Positions 16,810 to 20,000 of a DNA stretch of 20,000 bases are shown one piece after another (position 1 is the stretch's first letter; every line of letters starts with the position of its first letter). The notes under the pieces were generated by a model. It did no database searches. It was given only the letters and a program-made list of their open reading frames with translations, and was not told where the DNA came from. A program made the position numbers and the translations under genes. This stretch comes from Clostridia bacterium. Lineage in GTDB: Bacteria > CBDUZB01 > JAGLHV01. Location: assembly GCA_030637025.1 (NCBI GenBank), contig DAOVVV010000006.1, positions 56,750 through 76,749 on the forward strand, written 5' to 3'.

Positions 16810-17106
16810 ATGAAATATTATACTTGGGATAACAAAAAGAATGAAAAATTAATTACTGAACTAAATATTTCTTTTGAAGAAATAGTATTCTATATTGAAA
16901 AAGGTTGTTTACTTGATATTTTAAAGCATCCAAATAAAAAAAAGTATGAAGGACAGTACATTTTTGTGATTCGGGTAGAAGATTATGTTTATTTAGTGCC
17001 TTTTGTTGAAAATGAAAGAGAGATTTTCTTGAAAACAATTATTCCTAGTAGAAAAGCTACCCGTAAATATTTGAAAGGAGGGGGAAACGATGGCCAAAAC
17101 GAATAA
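16810..17106 (+). CDS. BrnT-like type II toxin
   Basis: WDNKKNEKL...ISFEEI...HPN..KY.GQ...YVYLVPFVE....IFLKTIIPSRKAT; overlaps the downstream antitoxin. Confidence 0.85.
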   Translation: MKYYTWDNKKNEKLITELNISFEEIVFYIEKGCLLDILKHPNKKKYEGQYIFVIRVEDYVYLVPFVENEREIFLKTIIPSRKATRKYLKGGGNDGQNE

Positions 17107-17413
17107 AGAAGAAAAAGAAATTATTGAATCTTACGAAAAAGGAGAATGGCAGTCAATAAGAAGACCAAAAGAAAAATTGCAGCAGTATAGAGCTTATGCG
17201 AAAGCAACCTTTAAAAAAAATAGAAGAATAAATATAAGGATATCCACAAAAGATATAGAAGAAATCCAGAAATTAGCGATGGAAGAGGGTCTTCCTTACC
17301 AGACGCTTATAACAAGTATTCTGCATAAATATATTACAGGGAAGCTTAAATTTTCAAATCAGGGGAGTAGGGTAAAAAATAGTAAAAGGGCATGCACGCC
17401 AAAAGAAAAGTAA
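17090..17413 (+). CDS. CopG/BrnA-like ribbon-helix-helix antitoxin
   Basis: EEKEIIESYEKGEW...RINIRIS..D...I...A.EEGLPYQTLITSILHKY. Confidence 0.85.
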   Translation: MAKTNKEEKEIIESYEKGEWQSIRRPKEKLQQYRAYAKATFKKNRRINIRISTKDIEEIQKLAMEEGLPYQTLITSILHKYITGKLKFSNQGSRVKNSKRACTPKEK

Positions 17414-17460
17414 GGGAACAGTTATAAAAATATTAGTAAATTAAAAAGGAGGAGTAAATT

Positions 17461-17622
17461 ATGTCTATCGTATCGGAATCGGAGTATAAAGGGAATGCCA
17501 TGTTGGTCATTAAGAACGATGAAGAGGATAAATACCCTTTTCAATTCGGATTAAGAAAGGCCAGGCTGATACTGGAGAATATTGAAGAGATTAAGAAATT
17601 CGTGGAAAAAAACGAGAAGTAA
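17461..17622 (+). CDS. Small soluble protein, 53 aa (not in the ORF track)
   Basis: AGGAGGAG RBS; MSIVSESEYKGNAMLVIKNDEEDKYPFQFGLRKARLILENIEEIKKFVEKNEK; followed by a strong hairpin. Confidence 0.8.
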   Translation: MSIVSESEYKGNAMLVIKNDEEDKYPFQFGLRKARLILENIEEIKKFVEKNEK

Positions 17623-17643
17623 CCTTTAGAAATTCACAAAGGG

Positions 17644-17678
17644 ATAATAACCACCCTTCAAGGGTGGTTATTATTATT
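17644..17678 (+). terminator. Terminator-like hairpin
   Basis: Perfect 14-bp inverted repeat ATAATAACCACCCT-tca-AGGGTGGTTATTAT, 21 nt after the stop codon. Confidence 0.7.
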
Positions 17679-17694
17679 AAAGAGGTTTATATTG

Positions 17695-17730
17695 ACGCAG
17701 TTATATTACTTAGAAGTAGTATAACTGCGT
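17695..17730. repeat. 16-bp-arm inverted repeat
   Basis: ACGCAGTTATATTACT-taga-AGTAGTATAACTGCGT, one mismatch (G-U compatible). Confidence 0.75.
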
Positions 17731-17791
17731 AAGGAAAAAACATTAACTTATTATCTTAAGACCATTCCCTATTGTCCACCGCCCAAAAAAC

Positions 17792-17875
17792 TTGACACTA
17801 ACTCCCCTTTTTTTCTACAATACTGTAGTGTAGTTTTCTGAAAATAGAGTAACCAGATAATATATAATGTTATGG
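17792..17875 (+). promoter_or_regulatory. Pc-like promoter and attI-like cassette insertion point
   Basis: TTGACA (17792-17797), 18 bp, TACAAT (17816-17821). Core GTTATGG (17869-17875) is complementary at 6/7 positions to the inverse core CGATAAC that ends the first cassette. Confidence 0.55.
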
Positions 17876-17885
17876 TAGAAATTAA

Positions 17886-18167
17886 ATGAAAAAAAATAAA
17901 AATTTTTGCCCGATATTTTGTTTAATAACGCTTATTTCATTTGCTATTGCTGCTACTACTGTCATGCCTCCGATTCCACTATGGTGGAAAATATTATCTT
18001 TTATAGCTTTTGTTTCTACAATTCTGTGCTCAGTCCTTTGTATAATCTTTGGCATAATCCAATTTCAAAAAACACAATTAAAAAATAAAATTATAAATTC
18101 TCTTTGTATTGGGGTTATATCTGCGTTATGGCTGTGGTTCTTTATTGCATATATACAAAATCGATAA
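17886..18167 (+). CDS. Cassette 1: hypothetical three-TM membrane protein
   Basis: 93 aa, hydrophobic; the TAA stop lies inside the attC inverse core. Confidence 0.75.
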   Translation: MKKNKNFCPIFCLITLISFAIAATTVMPPIPLWWKILSFIAFVSTILCSVLCIIFGIIQFQKTQLKNKIINSLCIGVISALWLWFFIAYIQNR

Positions 18168-18231
18168 CAAGTCAATGCACCTAACCGTAAAACGCTGCGC
18201 GTTTTTCGGCAGGTGATTTTCAGCGTTATAA
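18162..18231 (+). mobile_element. attC site 1
   Basis: R'' CGATAAC, L'' region ATGCACCTAACC, inner stem CGTAAAACGC/GCGTTTTTCG, L' region GGCAGGTGAT, R' GTTATAA; 70 bp. Confidence 0.88.
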
Positions 18232-18248
18232 TAATGGAATAAACAAAA

Positions 18249-19334
18249 ATGAATAAAACTATCAAGAAAATCAGACTAGAAGATTTAGGCTATAGCAAAT
18301 TCTTTAAAGATAACCAAAGGTCTACTATAGACAACAACCTGATCCCAGCCCTAATTATCGCAGAACATAAGGAATTGTATGTTTTAAGAAATGAAACATC
18401 CGAATTCTCAGCAAAAATAACAGGAAAAATGATGTTTACGGCTTCATCCCGAGAAGATTATCCGGCAGTTGGTGATTGGGTTTTAATAGTAATCCTTGAT
18501 AAGAAACACGCCATTATTCGTGAAATACTGCCGAGAAAAACAGTGTTGATGAGGAAAGCGGCAGGTAAATCGGATACACAGATAATTGCTTCAAATATTG
18601 ACACAGCTTTTATTATTCAGTCCCCTGATAGAGATTACAATTTAAATAGATTTGAAAGATATTTTTCATTGGCAGAATCCGGAAACATAAAACCGGTAAT
18701 AGTTTTAAATAAAACCGATTTAATATCTGAATCAGATCTAGAAATAAAATTAGCTGAAATAAAAGATAGGTTCAGGAACACTAAGATTTATGCAACAAGT
18801 ACCATTACAGGGAAAGGTGTTGCTGACTTTAAAAAAAATATTAAACAAGGGGTTACATATTGTTTTCTTGGTTCTTCTGGTGTGGGGAAATCTTCCATTA
18901 TAAATATGCTTATAGGTGGAAATTTAATTGAAACAGGAGAAATAAGTTCCTATACAAATAGAGGTAAGCACGTTACCACACACAGAGAACTTTTTATATT
19001 AGAGAACGGTGGCCTTTTGATTGATAATCCCGGAATGCGTGAAATAGGATTATTAGACTCAGGAGCAGGGATAAAAAACGTTTTTTCTGAGATTTATGCT
19101 TTGTCAAAAAAATGCAAATTCTCAGATTGCACCCATATAAATGAACCGAACTGTGCTGTCTTAGCAGCTATCAACTCAGGCGTTTTAGATAAAAGTAAAT
19201 ATGATAACTATATTAAGCTTTTAAAGGAAAATGAATATAATACTATGACGAAGCTTGAAAAAAGAAAAAAAGACCGTGATTTTGGGCAGTTTATTAAGAC
19301 AGCAAAAAAGCAAATAAAGAAATACAAAGTCTAA
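18249..19334 (+). CDS. rsgA: Cassette 2: ribosome small subunit-dependent GTPase A
   Basis: PAVGDWV OB-fold, NKTD (G4), GSSGVGKS (G1), GKHVTT (G2), DNPG (G3) in circularly permuted order; CKFSDCTH..EPNC Zn finger. Confidence 0.95.
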   Translation: MNKTIKKIRLEDLGYSKFFKDNQRSTIDNNLIPALIIAEHKELYVLRNETSEFSAKITGKMMFTASSREDYPAVGDWVLIVILDKKHAIIREILPRKTVLMRKAAGKSDTQIIASNIDTAFIIQSPDRDYNLNRFERYFSLAESGNIKPVIVLNKTDLISESDLEIKLAEIKDRFRNTKIYATSTITGKGVADFKKNIKQGVTYCFLGSSGVGKSSIINMLIGGNLIETGEISSYTNRGKHVTTHRELFILENGGLLIDNPGMREIGLLDSGAGIKNVFSEIYALSKKCKFSDCTHINEPNCAVLAAINSGVLDKSKYDNYIKLLKENEYNTMTKLEKRKKDRDFGQFIKTAKKQIKKYKV

Positions 19335-19397
19335 CAAATCGTTGCACCTGACATTTGTCCGCTTCGCGTAAAAAGCAGGTGAGTTCAAGCGTTCGGT
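19329..19397 (+). mobile_element. attC site 2
   Basis: R'' GTCTAAC, AAATCG, TTGCACCTGAC ... GCAGGTGAG, TTCAAGC, R' GTTCGGT; 69 bp, same CACCT/AGGTG stem as attC1. Confidence 0.88.
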
Positions 19398-19475
19398 GAT
19401 ATATAGATAACTTTTTCAGAACTATGGTTGATAGCTTATGAACATTTAATTTGCCATTGAAAAGGAGAATCTGTT

Positions 19476-19973
19476 TTGCTTGTTAGTTTTGCCAGATCCA
19501 AGATGATCAGAATAGCGTTATCAACTTTTGCGGCTTTATTGATTCTTTGGGCGAGCTGTATCAGGGCCGAAGAGAAAGACCAACTGTCATACCCGGAATT
19601 GGGGATCACTACTTCCTCCCTTATTATACATCCTAGCATAGGTTACTGGTGGGGCCGAACAGGACTTCGATTTACAGGGATGTATTTAAACAAGGACCAT
19701 CACGAGTTCCATCTCAATATCGGCTATGGGTTATATGACTCAGAGAAAGTGCAGCATAGTATCAACCTTTTAACAAGCTGGGTTGCTGGTAGTGATCCAG
19801 GTGCAGATTACAGGTATGGGGCAACAGGTATAGCATATAGTCTTAATTACAGGGGGTTCTTTTTTGAAATAGGGCTTGCGCGGCCATGGAGAGATGACCT
19901 TGGCAACCTTGCTAATGATCCTGTTGTTCCCTGTGGCTATTGGGGATATATACATCGCTTTAGGCCAGAGTAA
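19476..19973 (+). CDS. Probable cassette 3: exported beta-strand-rich protein (small beta-barrel-like)
   Basis: AAGGAG before TTG 19476 (alternative ATG 19503); signal peptide; alternating aromatic/Gly strands ending YIHRF; higher GC than its neighbours. Confidence 0.75.
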   Translation: MLVSFARSKMIRIALSTFAALLILWASCIRAEEKDQLSYPELGITTSSLIIHPSIGYWWGRTGLRFTGMYLNKDHHEFHLNIGYGLYDSEKVQHSINLLTSWVAGSDPGADYRYGATGIAYSLNYRGFFFEIGLARPWRDDLGNLANDPVVPCGYWGYIHRFRPE

Positions 19974-20000
19974 TTGATAATCACCGTTTTGAAATAAAGA

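Larger units (their letters stand above)
17869..19986 (+). mobile_element. Integron gene-cassette array with no integrase in the window (CALIN-like), 2-3 cassettes
   Basis: Two canonical attC sites, each overlapping the TAA stop of a single ORF; ORFs are co-oriented; no tyrosine recombinase ORF upstream. Confidence 0.8.

Noticed and set aside
17849-17878. dif/Xer site (GATAA-TATATA-ATGTTA)
   Set aside because: The XerD arm TTATGTTAAAT is out of register by 2 bp and poorly matched; the cassette-junction reading fits better.
2685-19955. All minus-strand ORFs in the track and + ORF 17906..18088
   Set aside because: They shadow well-supported + strand genes or regulatory DNA and show no recognisable motifs.

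Overview
AT-rich bacterial chromosomal window, probably from an anaerobe ([FeFe] hydrogenase, class III RNR-type glycyl motif). Every credible gene is on the + strand. In order: (1) 3' end of an unknown gene; (2) ArsR-regulated operon (ArsP/DUF318 permease, two thioredoxin-like proteins, CcdA, half-size GDT1/UPF0016); (3) tandem-GNAT acyltransferase resembling eukaryotic N-myristoyltransferase, LemA and a decayed partner gene; (4) Fur/PerR regulator followed by a 103-aa stand-alone protein carrying the NrdD glycyl-radical C-terminus; (5) intergenic DnaA-box cluster with no dnaA nearby; (6) cysK-nifS-nadA-nifU, small membrane genes and a group A [FeFe] hydrogenase; (7) accessory region with REP-like and phased repeats, a BrnT-type toxin-antitoxin pair, a small gene missed by the ORF track, and an integrase-less integron cassette array (promoter, attI-like site, two attC sites) that carries an rsgA GTPase cassette. 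The best novelty candidate is a putative PerR-controlled 'spare part' glycyl-radical protein for anaerobic ribonucleotide reductase. All family calls come from motif recognition by eye; no searches were run.
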